Origin: Candidatus Avimonas faecium
GTDB taxonomy: Bacteria; Bacillota; Clostridia; Oscillospirales; Acutalibacteraceae
Direction of reading: 5' to 3'
DNA length: 64,000 bases
Assembly: GCA_904419005.1 (NCBI GenBank)
Contig: CAJFQI010000004.1
Coordinates: 783 to 64,782 of the forward strand
A program made the position numbers and the translations under genes. The notes beneath the pieces are model-generated. The model was not told where the DNA came from. It saw only the letters and a program-made list of their open reading frames with translations, and searched no databases. Shown here one piece after another: positions 45,246 through 54,949 of the stretch (its first letter is position 1; every line of letters starts with the position of its first letter).

Positions 45246-46394
45246 ATGGAAAAGCACTGGTTTGTGAAGGCTTATTCCCGGCCGATCGATTTTCTCCTGG
45301 AAAAGGCCGGCCCCGTTATCCGGTACCGTCTGCGCAGGGAAATCCTGGGCGGCCTGCCGGAGGACGAGGCGGAAAAGCTGCGTGAAAAAATCGCCGATAT
45401 GCCGCTGCTCCGGCTGCTGCAAACCTACGTCAAGCCGGACGGGTACATCGGCAGCGGCATGCACAGCTGGGACAACTGGCGCGGGACGGTCCTGCATGAG
45501 ACGCCCCTTCAGGACGGGGAGTGCGCGGCGCGGCTGCTGTCCTATTACCGCATCCCCAAGGAGCATCCGCTGGTCAGGGGCTTTGTTTCGGCCATGCGGG
45601 ACGAGGAAACCCTGCGCCGGGAGTTTTCTTATATTCCGCCGGAAATCCCACGGTTTGAAAACCGGTTTGAGGGGCTGAATAACGGGAATTGCCTGGCGGC
45701 GCTCCTTTACACCATGCAGGCTATGCTCGGCTATGGCGATGATTTTGACGACCTGAGGGCTTTTCAGCAGACGGCGCTTCAGGGCTTCCGGCGCGCCGCC
45801 GCGCTGTCGTCGCTGGAGGAAATCACCACGTTCCAGCCGGGGGCAAAGCGCCGGTACAATTACCCGTATATCAAAGCGGACGACTATTTTCCCAACGTTT
45901 ACACCCTCGCCATGCTGGCGTATACGAAAAGCTGGCGGAACCCGGAAAACGCCGGGATGCTGGCGGACGCATTCAACCGGATCAACGAGGTGATGAAGCC
46001 GGACAACAACCTGCATGTCCGCATCAAGGGCAAGCATGTATCGCCGTGCTTTGCCCTGGTCCGCCCGATCCGGGCCTTCCATCCCGACCGGGCCGACCAT
46101 ATCCTTTACCGCCGCCTGTTAAGCGAGATCGCTATGCTGGGCGTGGGGGAGAGGGTGCAGGTAATCCGGGAGTCCGCCGCCCGCGTCCGGGAAGCGCTGG
46201 AGCGGGACGGCGTCCTGAGGATGGACTTTCGGCAGACGCATGGCAATCGGCTATCGCCCCGGTCGGCTGCCTATCCGACGGCATACGGGGACGTCTGGCT
46301 TGAGGCCGATGGCCGAGACGAAAACGCCCGGCTCTGCGATCTGACCTTTTGGGCGGTGGAGTTCCTGTTCCTGGTGGATACGGCGGCCGTTTAG
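45246..46394 (+). CDS. hypothetical protein, mostly alpha-helical by composition; no family recognised
   Basis: 382 aa from ATG 45246, 7 nt after GGGAGGG. I see no catalytic or binding motif. Codon usage looks native (GC-rich third positions). Confidence 0.6.
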   Translation: MEKHWFVKAYSRPIDFLLEKAGPVIRYRLRREILGGLPEDEAEKLREKIADMPLLRLLQTYVKPDGYIGSGMHSWDNWRGTVLHETPLQDGECAARLLSYYRIPKEHPLVRGFVSAMRDEETLRREFSYIPPEIPRFENRFEGLNNGNCLAALLYTMQAMLGYGDDFDDLRAFQQTALQGFRRAAALSSLEEITTFQPGAKRRYNYPYIKADDYFPNVYTLAMLAYTKSWRNPENAGMLADAFNRINEVMKPDNNLHVRIKGKHVSPCFALVRPIRAFHPDRADHILYRRLLSEIAMLGVGERVQVIRESAARVREALERDGVLRMDFRQTHGNRLSPRSAAYPTAYGDVWLEADGRDENARLCDLTFWAVEFLFLVDTAAV

Positions 46395-46407
46395 GCGCCG
46401 CGGACGC

Positions 46408-46450
46408 GAAAAGGGCGCTGCAAAACTTTTCGTTGTGCAGCGCCCTCTTG
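46408..46450 (+). terminator. hairpin after the hypothetical gene, second member of the AGGGCGCTGCA hairpin family
   Basis: Arm gaaaagggcgctgcaaaac, loop ttttc, arm gttgtgcagcgccctcttg. The core arms agggcgctgca / tgcagcgccct pair perfectly. Confidence 0.5.
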
Positions 46451-46593
46451 AACAGCGTTTGCAGGCCATAGGCGGCGGGAACGCCCGCCGGACGAATGTC
46501 CCCCTTTTATTAGGGGTGGCCGGCGTCCGCCAATTCGGCGTACCTCGGCGGCCGGCGTCCGCACCGCCGCTCCGGGAGCGCCCTGCCGCGGCT

Positions 46594-46965
46594 TTATTTT
46601 ACGCGGGAGAGGAATTGGCAGTAGGCGTAAACGTTCTGGATCTTCTTGGCCTCAACGCCCTCGACATGGATGACCGGCTGGGTTTCGGAGGGGGAGACGT
46701 ACAGCTTAAACACGATGGCGTCCTGGTTAGGCCGCATGTTGCGGATCTGCTTGTGGGCGTACTGCCGGTCCGCGATCCCGATCGCGGGAAAGATGATGCT
46801 TTCCAGCGCCAGGTTGGAAAAGCACTGGAGCACGTCCTCCCCGTGCATTTCCAGAATCGCAGCGGCTTCTTCAAAGGATAAGTTGGTACATTTGAATTCC
46901 CCTTGGTTGACCACGGAATTCATCGCGCTGTTGTCCAACAGCAGTAACGGCGTTTCGCTGAGCAT
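46594..46965 (-). CDS. small hypothetical protein, possibly DUF1874/STIV-B116-like
   Basis: Trimmed to ATG 46965 behind GGAAAGGAG, giving 123 aa. LLLLDNSAMNSV at the N-terminus and NQDAIVFKLYV...YAYCQFL loosely recall the B116 fold family. The assignment is tentative and from memory. Confidence 0.3.
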   Translation of the reverse strand: MLSETPLLLLDNSAMNSVVNQGEFKCTNLSFEEAAAILEMHGEDVLQCFSNLALESIIFPAIGIADRQYAHKQIRNMRPNQDAIVFKLYVSPSETQPVIHVEGVEAKKIQNVYAYCQFLSRVK

Positions 46966-47268
46966 AGGGACCGCTCCTTTCCTTGGGCGAAGGGTGGATA
47001 GGCGGATGATGGATCCCTCCGCCGCGGCGCAGCGCGCACGGCAAGGGGAGACCGCAAGCGAATGCCGAGGGAAAGCTGCCTGCTCCGGGCCGCCGGCCAT
47101 CCCCGGGACGGGATGGCAGCCGCAGGGAGCTCCTCCTCAACTATACCATATTTTCCCGGATTTCACAATAGCCGCGGGGGTCAGCGCCGGGAGCGGCTCC
47201 CGGCGCCATAAGCGGGGACGCCGCGCCGACTGCCCGGCGAAAGAGCGCGCTTTGGCGCGAAAAAACAG

Positions 47269-47297
47269 TTGTTTCCCATCCAGGAATCCGATATAAT
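47269..47297 (+). promoter_or_regulatory. sigma-A-type promoter upstream of the dnaD-like gene
   Basis: TTGTTT (47269-47274), 17 nt, TATAAT (47292-47297). Confidence 0.4.
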
Positions 47298-47403
47298 AAA
47301 AGCCAGCCCCCGCTTTCCCCCGCGCTGTCCCCCTGCCGGGGAACAACGCCGTGGGCCGGCGGGGCGTTCTGCCCGCTGAAGGGTAAAAGGAAAGGCGCGA
47401 TGT

Positions 47404-48405
47404 ATGTTGCCCGAAATCGCTTATCAATGGAACTCCGCCGTGCTGGGGGAGGTTTTTGCCGTCCCCACCGCGGTGGTGGACGATCATATGAAGCTGGCCG
47501 GGTCGGCGCAGCTCAAGGTGCTGCTGTGGATGCTGCGGCATGGCAAGGGAATCTTTGACCCCGACCGCTGCGCCGCCGCGATCGGGATTTCCCCGGCGGA
47601 CTGCAGCGACGCGCTGCAATATTGGTTTGCCTCGGGCCTGGTGCTCCCGGCGGGAATGCCGGCCCCGGGACAGGCCGCGGCGGCTCCGGCCCCGGCTTCC
47701 GCGCCCCCGGCGGAGGAAACGCCGCCGCGCCCCCTCCCTGCCGCCCGGCCCCGGCCGGTCAAGCCCTCAATGAAAGAGGTGGTCGCCCGCCAGAAGGAGA
47801 GCGGGGAGTTCGCCTATCTGCTTGAGACCGCCTCCGCCCGGCTGGGCCGGGCCATTTCGCAGGGGGATATGGAAACCCTGCTTTACCTGTACGATACCGC
47901 AGGACTGCCGGTTGAGGTCATTTTGATGGTGATTGAATACGCCGTCGCCGAAGGCAAGTACCATATGCGGTATATTGAAAAGGTGGCGCTCGATTGGGCC
48001 GACCGGGGGATTACCACCATCGCCGCCGCCGAGGAGTACCTTTGCGCGCTGGAACGCCGCCGGCAGGCATGGGACAAGGTGAGCCGCCTGCTGGGCCTCA
48101 CCCAATCCCCGACCGTCGCCCAGTCCGACGCCGCCGAGCGGTGGGTCTGCGACTGGCAGGTGGGGGAGGACCTCCTGCGCCTGGCGTACGAAAAATGCCG
48201 GGAGGCTACCGGCCGGTTCAACAGCGGCTATATTGACCGGATTCTTGAGCGCTGGCGGCTGGACGGCGTGGACACCGTAGAGAAGGCGCTTGCGGAAAAG
48301 CCGGCGAAAAAGGCAAAAAAACCCACCGGCAAGGAAACGTCCTTTGACCTGGACGCCTACGAATCCATGGTTTCGGAATTTACTCCTGTTTATAAAAAGG
48401 ATTAA
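47404..48405 (+). CDS. DnaD-domain replication initiation protein (B. subtilis DnaB/DnaD-like helicase co-loader)
   Basis: 333 aa with a winged-helix-like N-terminus, an Ala/Pro linker, then DnaD/DnaB_2 repeats (FAYLLETASARLGRAISQGDMETLLYLYD...YIEKVALDWADRGITT). It directly precedes dnaI. Confidence 0.8.
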   Translation: MLPEIAYQWNSAVLGEVFAVPTAVVDDHMKLAGSAQLKVLLWMLRHGKGIFDPDRCAAAIGISPADCSDALQYWFASGLVLPAGMPAPGQAAAAPAPASAPPAEETPPRPLPAARPRPVKPSMKEVVARQKESGEFAYLLETASARLGRAISQGDMETLLYLYDTAGLPVEVILMVIEYAVAEGKYHMRYIEKVALDWADRGITTIAAAEEYLCALERRRQAWDKVSRLLGLTQSPTVAQSDAAERWVCDWQVGEDLLRLAYEKCREATGRFNSGYIDRILERWRLDGVDTVEKALAEKPAKKAKKPTGKETSFDLDAYESMVSEFTPVYKKD

Positions 48406-48482
48406 AAATACGAATTGTATATATCGCTCGCATATATGGATCAAAAAGCCGGGACATGCCGCCCGGCGGAAAGGGGAAGGCC

Positions 48483-49469
48483 ATGGGATACAGCCGGGAG
48501 GTATACGACGCGGCGATGGAGATCCTGGAAAAGCGGCGCGCCGATGCCCGCGCCCGCGCGGCGGCGCTGCACGAGCGGGTGGCGGCGCGGCATCCCCGCG
48601 TAAGGGAGATTGAGCAGGAGATGGCGCAGTCCGCCATCCAGGTGGCGCGGGCGGTGCTGGACGGCCGGGACGTGGAAGCCGCGGTGGAAAGGATCAAGAC
48701 GCAGAACCTGGCCCTGCAGGCGGAGCTGGCCGGCATCCTGGCGGAGGAGGGGGCCGGGCAGAGCGACTTTGAGCCCCGCTACCACTGCCCACGCTGCGAG
48801 GACACCGGCTATGTCAACGGCCATGTCTGCGATTGCCTGCGCTCCCTGCTGCGGGAGGAGGCGTACCGCCGCCTGAGCTACGCCGGCCCGATGCAGGGGG
48901 CGGATTTCGACAGCCTTAAGCTGGAATATTACCCGGATACGCCCGACCCCCGCACCGGGGTGGTCCCCCGGGTGCGGATGAAAGAGGTCCTGACCTACTG
49001 CCGGTGCTATGCCGACGACTTTGACACCCGCTCCCCCAGCCTGCTGCTGCGGGGGCCGACCGGCACGGGGAAAACCCATGTCTCCCTGGCCATCGCGCGC
49101 AAGGCGGTGGAACGGGGCTTTGGGGTGGTTTACGGCCCGGTGCAGATGCTGCTGCACCGGCTGGAAAAGGAGCATTTCGGCCGGGCGGAGGGCAGCAGCG
49201 AGGAAATGATGACCGGCTGCGACCTGCTGATCCTTGACGACCTCGGGGCGGAGTTTTCCAGCCCGTTTTACACCTCCTGCCTGTATAACCTGATTAACAG
49301 CCGGATGCTTGAGGCCCGCCCCACCATCATCAGCACCAACCTGGGGCAGAACGAGCTGATGGAGCGGTACGGGGAGCAGATCACCTCCCGCATCATCGGC
49401 ACCTTTGTCCCCCTGGCGTTCATGGGGCGGGATATCCGCCAGATCAAGCTGCAGCAGCGGATCGGCTGA
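48483..49469 (+). CDS. dnaI: helicase loader ATPase DnaI/DnaC family
   Basis: Trimmed to ATG 48483. The N-terminus has a Zn motif (CPRCEDTGYVNGHVCDC). Walker A is GPTGTGKTH and Walker B is LLILDDLG. Confidence 0.88.
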   Translation: MGYSREVYDAAMEILEKRRADARARAAALHERVAARHPRVREIEQEMAQSAIQVARAVLDGRDVEAAVERIKTQNLALQAELAGILAEEGAGQSDFEPRYHCPRCEDTGYVNGHVCDCLRSLLREEAYRRLSYAGPMQGADFDSLKLEYYPDTPDPRTGVVPRVRMKEVLTYCRCYADDFDTRSPSLLLRGPTGTGKTHVSLAIARKAVERGFGVVYGPVQMLLHRLEKEHFGRAEGSSEEMMTGCDLLILDDLGAEFSSPFYTSCLYNLINSRMLEARPTIISTNLGQNELMERYGEQITSRIIGTFVPLAFMGRDIRQIKLQQRIG

Positions 49470-49761
49470 CGGCCGGCTGCAAGCCGGGGAAACCGCGCGA
49501 GGGGCCATGGTTCCCCGGCATTTCCCGGGAAGTCTTTCATTTTTGTAATCCGCGGTTACAATCCGGCCTTCTCTCTTGACTTTCGGGGCCGGATTCAGTA
49601 GAATTTCCTTATGCTGGCACAGCCCCTTTGTTGCCGCCCGTCCGGCGTTCCATGCGCCCCCGCGGCAAAGAACGGCCGGCCTTCCGCCCTTCAAGGGCGG
49701 AAAGGGCCGGATTTGGGAACATTTTCCCCGCGCGGCGGGGCGAAAGGAATGGAATGCGTTC

Positions 49762-51504
49762 ATGGCAGATCAAGATCAACTTTGCATGGGCTGCATGAAT
49801 CCGCTGCCGCAGGGCCGGACAGAATGCGGAATCTGCGGCTACCCGGCAAACGGGGAGAACCCGGAGGCATATCTGCGGGTCCGGACCTTGCTTTCGGAGC
49901 GCTATCTGGTGGGCCGGCTGCTGGAGACCAGCGGCGATATGGCGGTCTACCTGGGCTATGACCAGGTGCTGAAGGCGCCGATTTATATCCGCGAATTTTT
50001 CCCGGATACGCTGTGCGAGCGGGCCGGCGACGGCTCGGTGGCGGTAATCCCCGGCTGCGAGGGCACCTATCACGAGTATTACGAAAAGTTCCGCGCCCAT
50101 GCGCGGACGCTGGCCCGGCTGCGGGAGCTGTCCGCAATCGTGTCCGTGTACGATATTTTTGAGCAGAACAACACGGCGTACACCATCTCCGAATACTGCG
50201 AGGGCAACACGCTTGAGGCCCGGCTGAAGGTGGCCGGCGGCCGGATGCGGTGGGAGGAGCTCCGCCCGCTGTTTATGCCGCTGCTGGCGTCGCTGACCTC
50301 CCTGCATTCGGCGGGGCTGTGCCATCTGGGCATTTCGCCGGAGAACCTGATCGTCTGCAACGACGGCAAGCTGCGGCTCCGGGGCTTCCGCCTGCCGGAG
50401 GCCCGCCGGGTCAGCACCGAGGTGCGCCCCAGCCTGATCCCCGGCTACTCCGCGCCGGAGCAGTACGCCTTCGGGCAGGAGCCGGGCCCCCGTGCCGATG
50501 TGTACGGCGTGGCGGCCACCATCTTCCGCTCCCTGACCGGCAGCCCGCCTCCCGAGGGCTCGCGGCGGGCGAAGGATTCCAACGACCTGTTCGTCCCCAA
50601 CGACGTGGCCAAGTCCCTGCCGGATTATGTGGCGGCCGCGCTGTTCAACGCGCTGCAGACGGACCCGGAAAAGCGCACCCCGTCGGTCCAGCAGCTGCGC
50701 GATCAGCTCGCGACCGCGCCGGCCGTCTCCGCCATGCGGGAGGATGAGCAGCGCACCCAGGTTTGGAACGCGCCGGCCCCGCAGGAGCCGGCGGAGGATG
50801 AGGAGGAAGAGCCGGAGGAAAACGGCCGGCCCAAGGATAACCGGGTGAAATATGCGCTTTTGATCGTGCTGGCCGTGTTCATCGTCCTGCTGCTGATCGC
50901 GGGGACGGTGCTGCTCCTGCTCTTCCCCGACCTGCTGCGGGGCGGCGGCGAGACGTCCGAGCAGTCGATTGTTTACTATACCGACAACTCCACCGACACC
51001 GCCCCGACGACGACCTCTTCCCTGATCCAGGGGGAGGAATACCCCGTGACGGACCTGGTGGGGAAGAATTATTACGAGGTGCGGGACGAGCATCTCACCG
51101 GCGATATGACGATTGTGCTGGACAGCCTGCTGTACAGCGACCGCCCCAAGGGCGAGATCCTTGACCAGAGCCCGTCGGTGGAAAACACGGCCCCCGGCGG
51201 GACGGAAATCCATGTCGTTATCAGCGCCGGGCCGGAGATGGTCACCGTCCCCGATGTGACCGGCTGGAATTACGAGCACGCCCAGCTTTACCTTGAGGCG
51301 CTCGGCTTTGATGTCAACGTGATGCGGGTCGTTTCCGAGGAATACGACTACGATATCGTGGAAAGCGTCAGCGACGTCGGCCAGGAGCTGGAGCCCGGCA
51401 GCACCGTGACGCTGCGGGTCAGCGATACCCATCAGACCTCGGCCACTACGACCACGACGCCGACCAGCCCGCCTACCCAGAGCCAGGGCGTTTGGCCCTT
51501 TTAA
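49762..51504 (+). CDS. membrane protein: N-terminal zinc ribbon + Hanks-type kinase-like domain with catalytic residues replaced + TM + two PASTA-like domains
   Basis: Trimmed from the 642-aa track ORF to ATG 49762. The Zn ribbon is CMGC...CGIC. The kinase fold is kept (SAPE, DVYGVAATIF), but VAIK reads IYIR, HRDxKPxN reads HLGISPEN and DFG reads RGF. The TM is YALLIVLAVFIVLLLIAGTVLLLLF. The PASTA-like repeats end in a Thr/Pro tail. Confidence 0.8.
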   Translation: MADQDQLCMGCMNPLPQGRTECGICGYPANGENPEAYLRVRTLLSERYLVGRLLETSGDMAVYLGYDQVLKAPIYIREFFPDTLCERAGDGSVAVIPGCEGTYHEYYEKFRAHARTLARLRELSAIVSVYDIFEQNNTAYTISEYCEGNTLEARLKVAGGRMRWEELRPLFMPLLASLTSLHSAGLCHLGISPENLIVCNDGKLRLRGFRLPEARRVSTEVRPSLIPGYSAPEQYAFGQEPGPRADVYGVAATIFRSLTGSPPPEGSRRAKDSNDLFVPNDVAKSLPDYVAAALFNALQTDPEKRTPSVQQLRDQLATAPAVSAMREDEQRTQVWNAPAPQEPAEDEEEEPEENGRPKDNRVKYALLIVLAVFIVLLLIAGTVLLLLFPDLLRGGGETSEQSIVYYTDNSTDTAPTTTSSLIQGEEYPVTDLVGKNYYEVRDEHLTGDMTIVLDSLLYSDRPKGEILDQSPSVENTAPGGTEIHVVISAGPEMVTVPDVTGWNYEHAQLYLEALGFDVNVMRVVSEEYDYDIVESVSDVGQELEPGSTVTLRVSDTHQTSATTTTTPTSPPTQSQGVWPF

Positions 51505-51603
51505 CATGGATAAAACGGGGGATGCCGGCCGGCATCCTCCGCTTTGCATCCGGCCTGCACGGGCGGGACGCTTACAAGAGACGACAGTAAGGAGGAAATC
51601 TAT

Positions 51604-52521
51604 ATGAGAACCATACCCTTGGGAAAGTCCGGGCTGATGGTGCCGGCCGTGGCCGTCGGCTGTATGCGCATGGCGGCCAAGACGGATAAGGAGGCCGAAG
51701 CCTTTATCCGCACGGCGCTGGAATTGGGCGCCAATTTCTTTGACCACGCCGACATCTACGGCGACGGCGGCAGCGAGGAAACCTTCTCCCGCGCCGTCGG
51801 CATGACCCCCCGCCTGCGGGAGCAGATGCTCCTGCAATCCAAGTGCGGCATCCGCCAGGGGATGTACGACTTCTCTAAGGAGCACATCCTCACCTCGGTG
51901 GACAGGAGCCTGAAGCGGCTGCGCACCGATTACCTTGACGTGCTCCTGCTCCACCGGCCCGACGCGCTCATGGAGCCGGAGGAGGTGGCGGAAGCCTTTG
52001 ATATCCTCCACACCGCCGGCAAGGTGCGGTATTTCGGCGTTTCCAACCAGAACCCGATGCAGATGCAGCTGCTGATGAAATACTGCAAGCAGCCCCTGGT
52101 AGCCGACCAGCTCCAGCTCAGCGCGGCCTATACCCCGATGATTGACGCGGGGCTGAACGTTAACGTCATGAACGAGGCGGCCGTCAACCGGGATGGCGGC
52201 GTGCTCGACTTCTGCCGCCTGAATGAGATCACCATCCAGCCGTGGAGCCCCTTCCAGCACGGCTTTTTCGGCGGCGTCTTCCTGGGCAGCCCCGATTTCC
52301 CGGAGCTCAACGCCAAGATCGGCGAAATTGCCGCGGCGTATGGGGTGTCGGGAACCACCGTCGCGCTGGCCTGGCTGCTCCGCCACCCGGCCAGGATGCA
52401 GCCCGTCGTCGGCACGATGAACCCCGCCCGCCTGCGGGACTGCGTAAAGGCCACAGAGATCACCCTGACGAGGGAGGAGTGGTACGCCATCTACCTTGCC
52501 GCCGGGAACACCCTCCCCTGA
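51604..52521 (+). CDS. aldo/keto reductase
   Basis: Trimmed to ATG 51604 behind AAGGAGG. GANFFDHADIYG, LLHRPD and the C-terminal AKR pattern are present. Confidence 0.9.
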   Translation: MRTIPLGKSGLMVPAVAVGCMRMAAKTDKEAEAFIRTALELGANFFDHADIYGDGGSEETFSRAVGMTPRLREQMLLQSKCGIRQGMYDFSKEHILTSVDRSLKRLRTDYLDVLLLHRPDALMEPEEVAEAFDILHTAGKVRYFGVSNQNPMQMQLLMKYCKQPLVADQLQLSAAYTPMIDAGLNVNVMNEAAVNRDGGVLDFCRLNEITIQPWSPFQHGFFGGVFLGSPDFPELNAKIGEIAAAYGVSGTTVALAWLLRHPARMQPVVGTMNPARLRDCVKATEITLTREEWYAIYLAAGNTLP

Positions 52522-52570
52522 CCCCGGCGGGGAGGGCCAAGGCCGGCCTTTCCAGTGTCCAAAGCAGTAC

Positions 52571-52603
52571 GAAGGCCCCCAGGATGATCCTGGGGGCCTT
52601 TTG
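52571..52603 (+). terminator. rho-independent terminator after the AKR gene
   Basis: Stem gaaggcccccagg / cctgggggccttt followed by TT. Confidence 0.65.
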
Positions 52604-52624
52604 CCGGCCTATGCGGCAGATGCC

Positions 52625-54949
52625 TTACAGGTAGGCTTGGAGCGAATCGGGTATCGCATCCACGGGCAGGAGCTTGTAGATGGTCAAGGTTTCCTGGGTG
52701 GCCAGGTGATCGGAATAGGACGTGGAGTTGGGGTCCTCCCTGGCGTTGGGGTCGTATGCGGGGTTGACGGCCTCCAGCTCGACCATGTACACCTCCCGGC
52801 TCGCGTAGTAGGAGGAGCGCAGGCAGGGCACCAGGTCGTCCAGCAGCTCCGCCGGGATTTCGCGCGGATTGCCGTACCGCTCTGCGTCGTAAATGGGGTA
52901 GGAGGGTTCGGGCCCTGAATCGCCGGATGCCTGTAGGAACAAATCCTGTCCGCAGCTGTAACCCCTTCGGTTTTCCGGGACAAAGCGGTAGGCCGTCGCG
53001 CGGAGGATCTCCGGCGGCTCCGGCAGGGTGTACCGCCCCTGTGCCAGCAGGAAATCCAGCGTGCGGGTGAAGGACGGCGTCAGGAAAAGGGTGCAGGAAT
53101 CCATACTATCGTAATATCCCAGGGAAAGCAGGAGGACGGCGTCCTCTTCCGGGAAATAATGGTCTTGCAGCGTCTGCCCCTCCAGGTCGGCCAGCAGGCA
53201 GTCCAGGAGCTGCTCCCGTTCCTGCGTAGTCAGGTCAAGCGGGGCCTCCTCCAGCAGCAGGGAGGGGCTGTAGAGATAGATATCCTCCGGAGGCTGGTAG
53301 CCGCGGTCTTCCTCTGCCTTGCCGTTGCCAAACAGCCGCAGTCGCAGCTTTTCTTCCCACGCCTGGGAAATCGCCTGCGTCTCGTCCAGCTGCAGGAACT
53401 CCTCCATCAGGGACAGGGGCAGGGTCGCGTACCGCCGGGCCATGGTGCGGCCGTTTTTCAGGGTGTACTCCACAAACACCGGCCCGTTGACGACGGCCTC
53501 TTGGTAGGCGACATCGCCGTCTGCAATACGCTCGCTTGACGTGAAGCATTCCAGGGGGAGCCGGGCCAGCTTCTCGTGCAGGGAGACGATGCGCTCCAGG
53601 TCGCCGGCGCTGGCGTAGGGGCCGCTGGGCATATACACCGTGGAAATGTAGACGCCGCTCATAATTTCGGACGCTTCCATACGGTTGGGGTCGCCGTGGT
53701 AGGTGATTGACGCCTGCGCGATCTCCTGCACCGCCGGCACGCGGGCGGAGTAGCCGAAGAGGCCGGTGGCCAGCACCACCGCGGCGACCAGCAGCCCCCC
53801 GGCCGTCGCGGGCAGGGCCGGCCAGCTTTTTTTCAGCCATCCCACCCCGCGGAAGGCGATCATCCCGGCCAGCACCAGCGCCGCCGCCGCGCCGAGCAGG
53901 CCGCACAGCACCCGCAGGGGCAGGGACACCGGCAGGTATTGCAGCGCGGCAAAGGTGAAGAGGGCCGCCAGCACCGCCGCGGCGATGCCCAGGGGGCGGC
54001 AGCTCCCGGCAAAGCCGGAGATCTCCGCCCTGCGCCGGCGGAAGAGCAGGTAGGCCAGCAGCGCCGCCGCCGCCACGAAGAGCGCCCAGCCGGCCAGCAT
54101 CCCCCAGTGGGGGGAGGAGACGGAGATCCGGTAGCTTGTATTGATCGCCGTGCTGGCATCGCCGTTTTCAAAATACACCGACTGGAAGGTGCTGATGTCG
54201 TAAAAATGGAAGGAGAAGGGGGTAAAGAGCTTGACGGCTTCCACCAGGCTGATGGGGATGCCATCCTCAAACATGACCCCGCCGTACGGCGGTTCGGAGA
54301 GGTGGCTGAACCCCGCGCCATACGGGCAGCCGGGCAGCAGGCTTTGCAGCACCGAGCCGGCGATCCACGCCAGCAGCAGGGGAAGGATCGACGCCAGCAG
54401 GGTGTAGACTACCCCCTCCGACACCGTGCCGCACAGGGTGATGACCAGCACGGCCAGGCTGTACATCGCCAGCCCGCCCACCATCATCAGCAGGGTGACA
54501 TAGAGCCAGCTGCGAAAGAAGACCCCGTAAAATACCGGCTGCACGGCCAGCTGGGCAAACAGGGAGCACAGGCAGGCCAGCAGCAGGGGCAGGGCGACGA
54601 ACGCCGCGCCCGTCAGGTACCGGATGCCGAAAAGCGTCCCCCGCCGCACGCCGAGGGAGAAATAGGTGTCGGTGGCCCGGGCCTGGAACAGGAAAAAGAA
54701 CACGCACAGCGCGACCAGGCCGGCAAACACCGGGATGGCGTATTGGATCCCCGCGTCGTAGCCCTGGACGTACATTTCAAAGTTGGCATAGCCGGAGTAG
54801 GAGTAGGAATCCAGGATAAGGAGCAAGGGCAGGTTCATGACCAGGAAGAAATAGACCGCGCCCGCCACGGGCAGGAGCCAGAACTGCCGGATGGTCAAGC
54901 GGAGCTCGTGCCAGAAAACCCGCCTATCCGAATAAGCCGGTGAGGTCAT
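52625..54949 (-). CDS. large ABC-2-type permease-like membrane protein with C-terminal soluble domain of about 370 aa
   Basis: ATG 54949 (MTSPAYSD) lies behind GGAGG and is preferred to 54970. About 10 TM segments occupy the first 400 aa or so, then a non-hydrophobic domain of unknown family follows. The gene overlaps the end of the upstream ATPase gene. Confidence 0.7.
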   Translation of the reverse strand: MTSPAYSDRRVFWHELRLTIRQFWLLPVAGAVYFFLVMNLPLLLILDSYSYSGYANFEMYVQGYDAGIQYAIPVFAGLVALCVFFFLFQARATDTYFSLGVRRGTLFGIRYLTGAAFVALPLLLACLCSLFAQLAVQPVFYGVFFRSWLYVTLLMMVGGLAMYSLAVLVITLCGTVSEGVVYTLLASILPLLLAWIAGSVLQSLLPGCPYGAGFSHLSEPPYGGVMFEDGIPISLVEAVKLFTPFSFHFYDISTFQSVYFENGDASTAINTSYRISVSSPHWGMLAGWALFVAAAALLAYLLFRRRRAEISGFAGSCRPLGIAAAVLAALFTFAALQYLPVSLPLRVLCGLLGAAAALVLAGMIAFRGVGWLKKSWPALPATAGGLLVAAVVLATGLFGYSARVPAVQEIAQASITYHGDPNRMEASEIMSGVYISTVYMPSGPYASAGDLERIVSLHEKLARLPLECFTSSERIADGDVAYQEAVVNGPVFVEYTLKNGRTMARRYATLPLSLMEEFLQLDETQAISQAWEEKLRLRLFGNGKAEEDRGYQPPEDIYLYSPSLLLEEAPLDLTTQEREQLLDCLLADLEGQTLQDHYFPEEDAVLLLSLGYYDSMDSCTLFLTPSFTRTLDFLLAQGRYTLPEPPEILRATAYRFVPENRRGYSCGQDLFLQASGDSGPEPSYPIYDAERYGNPREIPAELLDDLVPCLRSSYYASREVYMVELEAVNPAYDPNAREDPNSTSYSDHLATQETLTIYKLLPVDAIPDSLQAYL

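Noticed and set aside
49609-52386. A 925-aa minus-strand ORF spanning the pseudokinase gene, an intergenic region and the aldo/keto reductase gene.
   Set aside because: The reasoning is the same as for the other antisense ORFs. It also runs straight through a promoter/terminator region between two well-supported + strand genes, and its sequence is Arg/Gly/Gln/His-rich low complexity.
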